Notes under the pieces: generated by a model
Told to the model about the DNA's origin: nothing
The model's input: only the letters and a program-made list of their open reading frames with translations
Database searches by the model: none
Made by a program: the position numbers and the translations under genes
Assembly (NCBI GenBank): GCA_951406725.2
Contig: OX597828.1
Coordinates: 75,206,001 to 75,270,000, forward strand
Length of the DNA stretch: 64,000 nucleotides
Direction: 5' to 3'
Origin: Octopus vulgaris
Lineage: Eukaryota
Shown: piece by piece, positions 1-12,848 of the stretch
How positions within the stretch are numbered: position 1 is the first letter of the stretch
Layout of the letters: every line of letters starts with the position of its first letter

Positions 1-499
1 GGATGTAAATGAGAAAGAAAGAGCATTTACTTACAAACTTGTGTCTGTGTGTGTCCCCCCACGTGCCTGTGGGCGCGTGAGTGCGTGCGCATATACGGAG
101 TATTTGTAATGAGTAATGCTGAGCTGTGAACCAGCAGTGTATTCAACATAGGAAAGTAGATACAGTCAGCTTTGATATACAAAAATACACAAATATATTT
201 GACAGCAATACACACACACACACACACACACAGAACTATTATATATATATATATGTATGTGTGTGTGTATTCACACATATTTGTAATATATGTAAGCATA
301 CATATATAAGTAATGAAGATGAAAAAAAGAAAAAAGATAAAAGTACTCAATACACAAGTTGTGTGTCATTATTATTGTTTTTGGTAGTCCTGAGATTACT
401 GTCAGTTTGGCGAATTGCTTTTCATGCAACGTGAAAAGAATCACTCATGAAACTCGGAGTTGGAACAGATAGTCATCTCTATACACACATACACGCGCG

Positions 500-553
<54 letters not shown>

Positions 554-1129
554 ATATTTATGTGTGTGTATGTGTATGTTTACAGGCATATATGTTTGTA
601 TATAAATATATATCTCTGCGTACCCCCCCGCCCCCACATATACATAGTTTTGAGAAGAGAGGATGTGTGTGTGTGTGGTGGGGGTAAATAATGTTAAAAA
701 TGAAGGCGGAGGTGTATGTTCTGGTATATACATAAAATGTGCCAGCTTCGATTCTCATAAATAAGGAAATTACCTCGTAAAACATGATTGCAGATGTGTG
801 TATATATAGCTCTGCGCATACATCGAATTTGTCAATGCATAGATATATACAAATACAAATATACAAACGCCCACAAATACACAAACACACACATATAAAA
901 GTGTAAATACGCAGATAGGTACACACAAAAATATATATCATAGAAATATACGTAGCTAAAAATCATCTACAATATATGTATTTACCTATGTATGCATATA
1001 ATATATATATATATATATATATATTATATACATATATACCTTTATGTATGCACATATATGTTTTACATGTTAAAATGCACATACACACATATACATTGAC
1101 ACGCACATATATATACATACATGTGTGTA

Positions 1130-1197
<68 letters not shown>

Positions 1198-1355
1198 CAT
1201 CTGTATTTGTTTAAATATGCTTCTCCAAATACAAAACAAAGGAATTTCCATTTAATTGTGACTGTGTGTGGTTTGTGAGTGTATAAATGTATACACCCAC
1301 TGCTTGTTTTGCAGCTTTTGGAATATGTAATTGATTCAGTTTATACACACACACA

Positions 1356-1405
<50 letters not shown>

Positions 1406-1997
1406 GTGTGTATCTATTTCTCTGACGTAAATATATATATATATATATTTATACACACACAAGTATACATCTCTTTCTATATATAGATGGATATCGAAAG
1501 CGCTGATCACAAGCCAATATGCTAATTCAGTCTCTGGCATAGCACATGTACTTATGAGGCATTTTTTTAAATGATAGTTAACCATTTCCAGTATTGCTTC
1601 TTCTATAAAAAGTCTAGCAACTCACATAAAAAAGTGCGATACAAAAATATTTTGGAATATTCGCGAAAGATGTATAGTTGCGATACAAACAGTATCATTT
1701 GATATAAAAAAACTTGGATTCATTCTAGATAAGATTTTAAACACTGTATTTGTAGGATGCCGAGTAACTGTTGCTTGGCGCATTTCTTTGTATTTAGTTT
1801 GGAGTTGTGGGTGTATGTGAGTGTGATTCAATGTCAAAATAAATGAATATATTTTGTTTATATGAATGTTTGTCAATGTACACATGCATTTTTCATATGC
1901 ATAACGCTTGTAATATTTACAATATATATATACATAGTGATTCTATGTATATGACATGTCGAAAAATATAATTAAGTTAATGACGTAGTTATTTACT

Positions 1998-2158
1998 GCG
2001 TCGGGAAAAATACTTAGCGGCATTTTGTCGGTCTTTCATTGAAATTTGACTTTACCTTTCACCCTTTTGAGGTCAATGAAATAAGAACCAGTTGAGCACT
2101 GGGGGTCGATGGAATTGCTGGCATTGTGCTAAAATTTGAAACCATTATTATTATTATT
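1998..2158 (+). mobile_element. Degenerate tRNA-derived SINE, family A (partial)
   Basis: Contains diverged versions of the family motifs cttagcggcattt, gactttacctttcaccc, aagaaccagttgagcactgggg and ends in (att)n. Confidence 0.65.
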
Positions 2159-2253
2159 GCATTACACACCACGCATATCTCTCTATCTGTCTATAAACAC
2201 CGCAAACATGTATGTACATATAATATTTTCTATGAATGGTGGCAATCTACTTT

Positions 2254-2393
2254 TAGGTTTTACCGACACTGGTTTCATCAGTCATTGTTCTTAATAAATA
2301 TTCTTTTGACCTTATAACCAGTATTCAATCATACATCGGTGTATGCACTCAAATTATGAAACTAATGAAAAAGCCATCACACATGAATGGTAG

Positions 2394-2438
<45 letters not shown>

Positions 2439-3070
2439 CACACACATACACGCACACACACATGCATAGATTTTATTCGTATTATGAATGTATTACGTAT
2501 TTATTTCGATATGTACCTTGATATATTTTCAAACATTTCATCATTTTATCTTCTTTAGATATCATATTATTCTACATTTCCCACTTTTACCGACCTCTCT
2601 CTTGATCGCTTTAAAAAACGAAATATTTCCTTTAGAATTGCGAAGTAGTCTTATATAGAATACATCACTCTATCATTGGTCCTTATCTACTCTAAACCAC
2701 TCATTATCGCAGGTTCATTATTGCCTTGGATAATTCAGAAACTCCTTTAATTTCTTTGTTCCCTAAACTGTTCCGTGATGGTTCCACTATCCGTGCAGTA
2801 TATCAACAACCACCTTTTCAACCTTTTCAACCTTTCATAGCTTTCCCTGATGATGCCCTCATTGCATAGTCACGTGCATATCACATTTCACGAGTAATCG
2901 GGAGACAGAATTAACGGTAGACATCTTATTTCTAGGTATCAGTTCGTTTTCGATGAAAGAATCGCAGTAAAGTTGGTATTTTACATGTCTGTTGGCGACT
3001 TCTTGCAATTTCTTTTGTACAAGAGAATAATTATCGAATCTCTGTGCAACTTGGAAATATCTTTTCACTT
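2254..3070 (-). mobile_element. Possible highly decayed Penelope-like element remnant
   Basis: Minus strand has a hammerhead-like CTGATGA-A-ACC..GGT-AAAA at 2254-2285 and a short ORF fragment (2859-3068) of non-repetitive composition; homology is only suggestive. Confidence 0.2.
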
Positions 3071-3142
3071 GGGATTCGGTAGATATGGATAATTACAGTT
3101 AATTTGTTTGCACCGAATTTGTAAAATAAACATGAAATGAGA

Positions 3143-3177
<35 letters not shown>

Positions 3178-3613
3178 GAAATTTCTTGAATGAAAATGAA
3201 ATAAAGTGGATCTAACAGCATGTCTGTGTATGTGTGTTATTTTCGTACGTCTGTATTTGTGCATGTGTGTTACGCATCAGCGTATACCATTCTAAAAGTT
3301 GGCGGAGATGGTTGTTACACGTCGAAATGGCTTCAGTTTCAACAAACGCTAACAGATCAAGTCACTTGTTGCTAGACAAGTACAAGCGAGAAAGAAAGAT
3401 ATACAGAGGATAAAATACGCCTCACAAAGTGAGAGGTACACACACACACACACACATCTCAATCGATTGACTTGTAGAGATGCAACCATACACATACATA
3501 AATAGATACATGGAAAGCCAAAACTATCGACAGATATAGACAAATATGTAGACAGGTACATAAATATATAGACAGATAAACATCTGACACACTCTTCACC
3601 ATACATACATATA

Positions 3614-3655
<42 letters not shown>

Positions 3656-4134
3656 CATAGAGAGAGAGAGGGGGGGAGAGAGAGAGAATGAGAGAGAGAG
3701 ATATTCATAGACAGATATACAAGCTAGACATAGTTATATTCATAGACATATAAACATGGAGACACACGGAACTAGATAGGTAATTAGCTAGATAGCCACA
3801 CACACACACACATACATAAATATATACATATATGGAAAGACACAAACACAAGATAGATTATTAGGTAGATGACTGTGTAAATAAATAGCGAGGAAGAATG
3901 ATAGGTAGACATAGAGATAGAGTGTTAGATAAATAATTTGTTAGAAAGAGGAAGTGAAAGAGAAATGCTACAAAGCAAGAATAAAATTCCAATGTTTTTC
4001 TGTCTGAGCTGCAATCAGCTCTACTTATGTCTACCATAAATATGTGTATGGAAGACTTTGCCTCTGTGTGTGTGTGTGTGTGTGTAGGTAAATAAACCAC
4101 AGTATGTGTACACACAGACACACACATGCGGTGA

Positions 4135-4201
<67 letters not shown>

Positions 4202-4910
4202 AAGCATACACTATGACGTACATATAAATATGTATACATATAAACATTCATGTACATTTTAAGGCACAGATACACAGACACACACACACACAAATAAGCA
4301 CGCACAGAGACATTCACCAAACAAACGCTTACAAAAGGATTATGTAAGGCACCTCAAACACACACACACACATAGAGAAACACCAAATAAACACTACAAA
4401 CGGATTATGTAAAGCACGCGCAAACACACACTGGTACACCACATTGTAGATACGCATATATACTCCCAAGTATTATATAAATTAAATAAGATACACACAC
4501 ACACATTATGTAAGCCAGCCAAACACATACACACACATTCCTTTACATATGAAAAATGCTGAAAGGGCAAATTTTTTGCTTCAGTTTGATTTCTTTTCTT
4601 TTCCTTTTTTTTCTTCCACAATTTGTCTACAATTAACGATAACGGTGAATAATTAGGAATATTAATAAACACAAAGTGATTCACGAAGGTGGCAGACATC
4701 TTTCACTCGTAATAGGTTCCTGAAATTATTGCAGAAGAAAGAGAAACGATAAAAAATTCCACGGGAATGAAACTGCAGTCAAGGGAAAGCAACATGGCGG
4801 ATGAAATTAGTTTTATGATAATTAGTGGAAATTTGTTAATTTATGTTAATTAGTGGAATTTGGAAGAGAAAGAATTGTACGAACCAGATATCGGTAAGGT
4901 GGCAGTGTCG

Positions 4911-4950
<40 letters not shown>

Positions 4951-4953
4951 CAA

Positions 4954-5172
4954 TCCTTTCTACAAAAGGCACAAAGCCTGAAACGTTTTTGAGGGGAAGG
5001 AATCAGTCGATTCCATCGTCCCCAGTGATCTAGTGGTACTTAATTTATCGACCCCGAAAGGATGAAAGGCAAAGTCGACCTCAGCAGAATTTGAACTCAG
5101 AATGTGGCGGCAGATGAAGTACCGTTAAGCATTTCGCTCGGCGAGCTAACGATTCTGCCAGCTCACCACCTT
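4954..5172 (-). mobile_element. tRNA-derived SINE, family A
   Basis: Reverse complement reads aaggtggtgagctggcagaatcgttagc...gagttcaaattc (A/B-box-like), then gcctttcatcctttcggggtcgataaattaagtacc; flanked by (taa)n. Confidence 0.9.
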
Positions 5173-5213
5173 AAGCAGTAACAACAACAACAACAACAAC
5201 AACAATAATAATA

Positions 5214-5248
<35 letters not shown>

Positions 5249-5250
<2 letters not shown>

Positions 5251-6074
5251 AGGAGAGTAAAAAATGATTGAAGTCAAAGCCGAATTCCAAAGATCTCATT
5301 GGAACAATTAATTCAATTCCACGTATGTGGAACAAAATTCTAGGCTTGGTTAAAAAAGGGTCAATTAAGAAAAAGAAACAGAGCCTAGTTGTAGCAGCCC
5401 AAGATCAAGTGGTAAAGACAAACAAGTTGAGTAGAAAATATACATGGAGAGAATGTGTCGGGAAAATGTAGAACCCGTGGAACTTGGAATGAGACAATGG
5501 CACACATTGTGGAAAAGTGTAAGAAATCGAGTCACGACTAGGTTGTAAAAGTTTCACACTGGAAACTGTGCCAGAAATGGGGATTTGAAACTGAAAACAC
5601 ATGGTACAATCATTGAGTCGAAAGAGTACTGGAGTCGGAGAAATATAAAATCTCGTGGGACTTTCCTATTCAAACGGACAAGAAGTTAGAAAACAATAGA
5701 CCAAATATTACAATCAAAGATAGGAAAAAGTTGCTTATTTATCAACCCATCATGTACATTTGAATCGTAAAGGAAGAGGGGAAAAGCCCCCCCCCTACAA
5801 TCCCCTAAAATTTGAAATAGGAAGAATTTGTAGCATGCGAGCAATAAAAGTGGCGCTTTTAATAATTGGTGCGTTGGGAACAGTAAACCAAGATATAGAC
5901 TAATGGCTGAGCGAGATTGAAATAGAATCTCCGATAGAAGAGAGTCCTAAGCACTTGAAAGACTGATGGAAACTCGTGGATACCTAAGGTTACACGTAAC
6001 AACCGCCGGTCCACATAATCCCTACCAGGAATAAGACCAAATCTGAGACAAACCAAAATGATAATAATAATAAT
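5249..6074 (+). mobile_element. 5'-truncated R4/Dong-clade LINE remnant (C-terminal RLE endonuclease region) in a (TAA)n tract
   Basis: Frameshifted translation gives SLVVAAQDQ, HD*VVKVSHWKLCQKWG, KISWDFPIQTDKKLENNRPNI and IIGALGTV, typical of RLE-type LINE C-termini; (TAA)n on both sides. Confidence 0.85.
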
Positions 6075-6075
6075 A

Positions 6076-6269
6076 TTGGTACACGGCCAACAAATTCGTG
6101 GGAGGGGATATGTTGATTACACCGACCCAGTGATCAACTGGTACTTATTTCATCGACTCCGAAAGGATGAAAGGCAAAGTCCATCTCGGCGGAATTTGAA
6201 CTCAGAACGTAAAGACGGACAAAATGCCGCTAAGCATTTTGCTCGGCGTGCTAACGATTCTGCCAGCTC
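6076..6269 (-). mobile_element. tRNA-derived SINE, family A
   Basis: Same motifs as 4954-5172 (ctggtacttatttcatcgac..gaaaggatgaaaggcaaagt..gaatttgaactcagaacg..gctaacgattctgccagctc). Confidence 0.9.
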
Positions 6270-6294
6270 TCTGCATATATCTTGGACAAACTAG

Positions 6295-7024
6295 CTTAAT
6301 GGTACTCCCTTGCCTGCAGAGCTTCCCCTTAATCGTCAATGTTTCGCAGTGACGCTGGTAGGAATTTCTGGAAGTTGTCGAAAGACCTCGGATTGGAAGT
6401 TGGTGTCGGCAATGCTTAGAATCCCTTCGAGTACATTGTCAGTTTCTCATCACTAAACATCGACAGAATTTAAGGGCTAACTGCATTGGCCAGTACCAGA
6501 CAATTGCAAATGCCACGCTTCCAATCTTGGATTTCCTTTGGTCAAGGAATATCTTTACCAGTTGTAACCTCACTGTATGCATGTGCATCGTTGCCTGCGG
6601 GTATACTAAACCGGCGGCAGTGCATGTTTGGCAGCTGAAGTGAAAGAGTGGCAGCCTCAATTTTGTCTGATTTGGATGTAGTCATTTGAATTGAGTCCAG
6701 TATATAACTGGTATCTGTTTCTAAAACGAAGAAAATATCGATAATCAAAACCGTAACCAAAACGAAATTCATAATCGATGTCACTAATATAATGCACGAT
6801 CAACATTCAACAGGTTCCAGTGAAGCAGGCTTCGATGGAGAACCTATCGTGAGTGACATGTATACACTGCCCTTAAAAAATACCCGAGGAAACCCAGTCC
6901 CTGTGGCCAAGTTCTGCCGAGAAGTTTCAAATCTCAAGTCGAGCTGAAGTTATTCTGCTATTTCAATTAAAAATGCAATATTGAACTTGTATTTGGGGTA
7001 CTTACAACAATAACAACCAACACA
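6295..7024 (-). mobile_element. Decayed Gypsy-like LTR + PBS-like site + gag start
   Basis: Minus strand: TG-starting LTR-like block (second copy at 7752), then tattagtgacatcg resembling a TGGTGACCCCG PBS, then MTTSKSDKIEAATLSLQLP..FQSEVFRQL resembling Gypsy gag N-termini; interrupted by stops and frameshifts. Confidence 0.4.
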
Positions 7025-7714
7025 GGTAGACATCATCCTGATACATGAAGCAGCACCGGAAGCAGATGAAATGCTACTCGGAAATACTACATTGAAATTT
7101 ATTACGAATATCTGAAAATGAGTGAACCCTACTTGAAGTGGATTGTCCGGCACAACGGTTAATCCGTCAAGGCTTTGGAACCAGGGATACAGGAAAATCG
7201 GTGGCGTACACACATACACACACATATATATACATATACACACATGTGCACACACACGCACGCACACGCGTGTATATATATATATATACATATACATACT
7301 CTCATACAGGCACACATGTATATTTCAGAAATTGTTTTCCCTCTACCATTGAACTTTGTCTCTCCATTCGTCTGGAAATTAACACTAAACGATATTATCG
7401 ATAAAAATTAGCCTAGCCAGCCTACCCCCTCCTCCAAAAATAAAATTTAAGGCCATGTGCCAATGCTAATAATCTCGAATTTATCTCATTTTTGTAGTTT
7501 ACTGATAAGATTATCGATTTTGTGTTCGGTACAAATTGTCTGAATAGTCTTCAATATTTCGTCGACGTTTCAAGTAGGCTTCATCCATTCCCAGATATTC
7601 GTAATAAACCTCAGTGAAGTATTTCTGAGTCTATCGTATTTCATCTGCTTTCGGTGGTGCTTCATATATCAGAATGATGTGTGTGTGTGTATGTGTGTGT
7701 GTATGTGTGTGTGT

Positions 7715-7751
<37 letters not shown>

Positions 7752-7755
<4 letters not shown>

Positions 7756-7930
7756 GGTTGTTATTGTTGTGAATACCCGCCAATGCAAGTTCAAATATTC
7801 CATTTTAAACTGAAGTGGTAGAATAGCTTCAGTTCGAGTTGAGATTCGAAACTTCTCGACAGGACCTGGCCATGAGAACCGGATTTCCCAGGGCATATTT
7901 GGTTGGGCAACGTACGTGACAGTAATCCAC
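7752..7930 (+). repeat. Diverged inverted copy of 6870-7024 (LTR-like)
   Basis: gtgttggttgttattgttgtgaatacc..cttcagttcgagttgagattcgaaacttctcgacaggacctggcca aligns to the reverse complement of 6870-7024. Confidence 0.75.
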
Positions 7931-8420
7931 CAACACACAGTTAACTTACGAATTATGCGCTAATTAGTAATTAGTAATTATATCACACAACTTATTTACC
8001 GTAGCACCAGAGTACATTGTTTCAACAGGTCTACTTATCTCGGATCGATATGGAATGGTGCTTACGCTTGGTGCCCTCAATTCTTTTACCTGTAGTAAAT
8101 GCGTGTATATGTTTGTATGTATACGTATATGTTTACTCACACACACACACACACACATTAAAGTAAACTAGCTAAGAGTAACTTAAAGCTAGATAAGCAG
8201 AGGATCTCTCAAAATTTTGGCATCAGCACTATGAAGTTCAGTGCAAATAATGTATGTAAGCTCACAGTAAATAAAACGCCACCTGTTGGCGCGCTTGTGA
8301 GCTAGGATGGCCACCACAGGAATTTCAAGTTCTCATAATTTAATCGGATTAAAAGGAGTGCTAGACAATCACTTGCCAGAAAATCAGTGGTGTACCTGTC
8401 TGTCTGTCTGTCTCTCTCTC

Positions 8421-8634
8421 TCTTGGTTTAATCGTGGGGTGCTCTTTGGCATGTCCTCTACATGTAAACCTTCTCCAGCTTTCACCATACGACCTTGGTG
8501 GGCTCGTACCCTCACCTTCCACTATTAAGTAGATTACTGGAAATGAAGGTCAACGAATCGAAAGTCAAGGAACCGAACCCACGATCTAGCGATCGTGAGT
8601 ACAACATCCTAACCACTACGCCACGCACCTTCAC
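8421..8634 (-). mobile_element. tRNA-derived SINE with family C-type head
   Basis: Minus strand gtgaaggtgcgtggcgtagtggttagg..gtgggttcggttcc, the same head as 44757. Confidence 0.6.
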
Positions 8635-9310
8635 GAAAGCTACAAATCTGAAATCTCGAAAATAATCTCAATTCATCTTTTGTAAAGATAAATATGTTAG
8701 TTTATTGAAAAGTACTGAGCGATCCGTCTATTCAGTACTGGTTTTGTATATAACTACACATTAACACGTACACACCAACCAGAAATTTTTGTTAAACAAT
8801 AAAAATAATTTCGTTAAAAGTGTACTAACTGCATGATATGATATGATACAAAGTTTTTATTTTCTGCATTTGAATATTTGTCTGGTGGTTAATACCACCG
8901 GTTTCAACTTTAAAAGATCCTTAAAAAAACAACACTGTCCTAATGAGCTTCTAAAATCGAAAACGAATGATAGCAATTCCCGAACACAAGCTCAATACAT
9001 CTTAATATCACAGGTTTAGCATCACTAACTGATCCTTGAGTGCATTTTGCGGTGTCGCTTTTGTTACACGAACTTTATGAAGATTTTCAGATTCAGGGTA
9101 AGTACTCTTCCTCCTCCAATCATGGAAGGTCTGAAAAAATGGGTGCTTCTCTGGCTTGCCATTAAAAGTTATATTTACTATGCACGCATATGTATATGAA
9201 TATATGCAAGTATATGCATATATAAGTGCACAGACACATTTCAAGCATATATATATATATATACATGTGCGTACATATGTTTGTATATATAGGTATATGT
9301 TTATACACAC

Positions 9311-9530
9311 ATAACAAAAGAGGAAATTTGAAATTTTGTGTCATTATTTATTCATCATTACACGTGTTTCATTTGCTAATGCAGCTGACAAAGCTTTAAC
9401 TGTTAGACGCGTTAGGAATTTCCTATTACAAGTTATTCTGACAGAAGTTTTTAACTGTGATTCCTATTGGGAAACACGTGTAATGGTGAATGAATAAAAC
9501 CCACAAATTCCCAATTTCCTGTTTTACTAT
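9311..9530 (+). mobile_element. Short Penelope-like pLTR fragment with inverted terminal copy
   Basis: 9311-9370 and 9471-9530 are imperfect inverted repeats; the right arm starts within a hammerhead-like motif CTG-TGA-ttcc-tatt-gg-GAAA-CACGTG-TA. Confidence 0.5.
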
Positions 9531-9688
9531 ACAATAACTCTGCGAACAATATTTTCATGATTCTCAATTTCAATTTGTATTTGAACTAACATACAACAGC
9601 AACTGATACCACATATTGAATTGTAGTAATAGAATAAGCAGATGTGCTTCAAGAGGAAACAGCTGGAATGGACCCGAACTACCTACAC

Positions 9689-9728
<40 letters not shown>

Positions 9729-11419
9729 TAAACTGTTGTCTATTCATCTCTCTTGTGTGACAAAAGTGAATGTACAAGTATTTGACTACTTTCAGGTGAA
9801 ATGTTGTCAAATATGTAAAATAGTATATAAAATAAATTTAATCTAGAACATTCTAAAAAAATGTTAAAAAATTGATAAAAACAATTTTAAAAAATACAAT
9901 ACCAAAAGCTACAATAAAATGTAAAAATATATGTTAGTATCGAAGTAAAAGCTAACATATCAGTATGATAGAAAAAAGAAGTAAATATCTGTGTTGACTG
10001 CATGGAAAGCGGTTTTATGTCATTTTTACAACTTTTTACAGGTTTTAAAAATATAGTTTTTATAATTTCGTTGTTTTTTCTAAAAATACTGATTCTTTTT
10101 TTCACCACATATTCTCCATTTTGACATTTTAACCCTATTCACAATAATTTTCAATCAATATTTCAACGAAAAATTCTTTTTTAGTCACGTTTGACATCTG
10201 TTTAGTGTCTGTTTTACATCTGTTTCACGGCTGTTTTGTCGTTTCCCCCATCTGTTTAATGACAGTTCCATGCATATTTCACATCGCTGTATCTTCTCTT
10301 TTATCTTGGCCATTGTAATATATATATCCATTTGTCTATATAAACTATTTTGACAGTTGTTTTACATCTCTCTATTATTTTGGCCATTGTGTATCTATTT
10401 GTCAGTACAAACTATAGCTACAGTTATTTCACTTTTTTAAGATATATGAATATGTATTTTTATGTCGGATAATTTTTAAAATTATATTTATATTTTTTTT
10501 CTCTGTAAGCAATCTCTTGGAGAATTGATTTACATCTAATTTTCAATATTAGCAATTTTATAATCTATTTTTCTGACATTTTTGCTATTTAAAACATGTT
10601 CGATATCTATTTTAATTCTGTATGATAAACCAATATATCGATTGATTGGTTATTTTCATAATAACCCCGAGAAGAGTCAGTAAGACACCACTTTATCGAT
10701 AATGATATCTTGCATTGACACTCGGGCACAGATATCGTATGGGGGTGGGGTGGATGGGGGAAGAGTTCATCCTCCACCTCTCTCCCTTACACATCTTCAA
10801 TCTCAATCTTTCTTCTTCCTCACATAATTTTAAATTTTCTCTTTCGTCGCACATCGTTATACTCAAACAAAATATTCCTCAGGTAAGCAAACCGATGATG
10901 TAATATCTAATCTGGGGTTGGGATACGTTTTAAAACTCCAGGGACGAACCTATGAAATTAAATTTGTACGGAGAAAAATGTTGAGCCTTTCGTTTTACAA
11001 ACTAGTAAATATTTAGCTTCTAGTCAGTGACTGTTTTCGTTTTAAGGGTTAACCTGGTCTTTTTTTCTTCAAGAATTTCATTAGTGACCAGTTACAAAGT
11101 TCATTCTTGGTTTTATCGATACGATCATTGACTCACATCACTGAGACTTACACCTGGCCGTTTTGAAATTCAATAATACAGAACTGAACATACGTGTACA
11201 TACACACTTAAACACACATACCTGTAAACAAATATACACACAGACCTATAAACAAATATACACACATTCCTATATACAAATACACACACATTCCTATATA
11301 CAAATATACATACACATACATATGTATATATACGTAGTATATACACTTACATATATAGATATATTGATGGGCGCATATACATAATTTACTCACACACGCG
11401 CGTGCGCGCACATGCATAT

Positions 11420-11572
11420 ATAAACATGTATATATGTATATATACATACATACATATACACATACATATATATACATATATACATACATATACATATATA
11501 CATACATACATATACATATATACATACATATATACATACATATATATATATACATATATATATATACATACA

Positions 11573-11652
<80 letters not shown>

Positions 11653-12065
11653 CATATATATACATACACACACACACACACATACATATATATACATACA
11701 CACACACACACACATATATATACATATATACATACACACACACACACATATATATACATATATACATACACACACACACACATATATATACATATATACA
11801 TACACACACACACACATATATATACATATATACATACACACACACACACATATATATACATATATACATACACACACACACACATATATATACATATATA
11901 CATACACACACACACACATATATATACATACACACACACACACATATATATACATATATACATACACACACACACACACATATATACATATATACATACA
12001 CACACACACACACATATATACATATATACATACACACACACACACACATATATACATATATACAT

Positions 12066-12118
<53 letters not shown>
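11420..12118. repeat. Compound (TA)/(CA) microsatellite with ~34-bp higher-order unit
   Basis: Repeating catatatatacatatatacatacacacacacaca blocks at about 11700-12080. Confidence 0.95.
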
Positions 12119-12122
<4 letters not shown>

Positions 12123-12200
12123 CACACATACATACAGATACACACACATGGACTGATAGATAGATATTGGTATATTTACACACGCATGTCTAGTAATCAT

Positions 12201-12598
12201 TTACCTTTTATTTGTCTCAGCCATTCGACTGAAACAGCTTTGAAGAATTTTGGTCGAAACAAATCGATGCCAGGGCTTTATTTTTTTTAAATTTGGGACT
12301 TATTCTATCGGTCTCTTTTGCCGAACCGCTAATTTACGGGAACATAAGCACGCCAACACCGATTCTCAAGCAGTGTGGAGGGGGGAACAAACATAGACAC
12401 AAGGACATACACATATAGACCACACAAACATACACACACGCGCGCGCGCACACACACACACATATACACACGACGGGCTTCTTCCAGTTTCCATCTACCA
12501 AATTTATTCCCAAGATTATGGCTATAGAAGATATTTGCTCACAAGATTCTGGCTATGGAGGATACTTGCTCACGATGCTACGCAATGGAACTGAACTA
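12201..12598 (-). mobile_element. CORE-type tRNA SINE, family B, with internal CA/TG tract
   Basis: tattctatcggtctcttttgccgaaccgctaa and gacgggcttcttccagtttccatctaccaaat motifs shared with other family B copies. Confidence 0.85.
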
Positions 12599-12635
12599 AT
12601 AATAATAATAATAATAATAATAATGATAATAATAA

Positions 12636-12848
12636 TCCTTTCTACTGAAAATACAAGGCCTGAGACTTTTGAGCAGGAGACTAGTCGATTACATTGACTC
12701 CAGTGTATCACTGGTACTTAATTTGTCGACCCCAAAAGGATGAAGAGAAAGTCGACCTCGGCGGAATTTGAACTCAGAACGTAAAGACGGACGAAATGCC
12801 GCTAAACATTTTGCCCGGTGCGCTAACGATTCTGCAAGCTCTCCACTT
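12636..12848 (-). mobile_element. tRNA-derived SINE, family A
   Basis: Full motif set, flanked by (taa)n. Confidence 0.9.

Noticed and set aside
2862-2873. 12-nt match to the 5' end of miR-153 (ttgcatagtcac)
   Set aside because: The match stops after 12 nt and there is no precursor hairpin
10860-10890. Consensus splice donor cag/gtaagc
   Set aside because: No convincing matching acceptor or coding frame; isolated donors are common by chance
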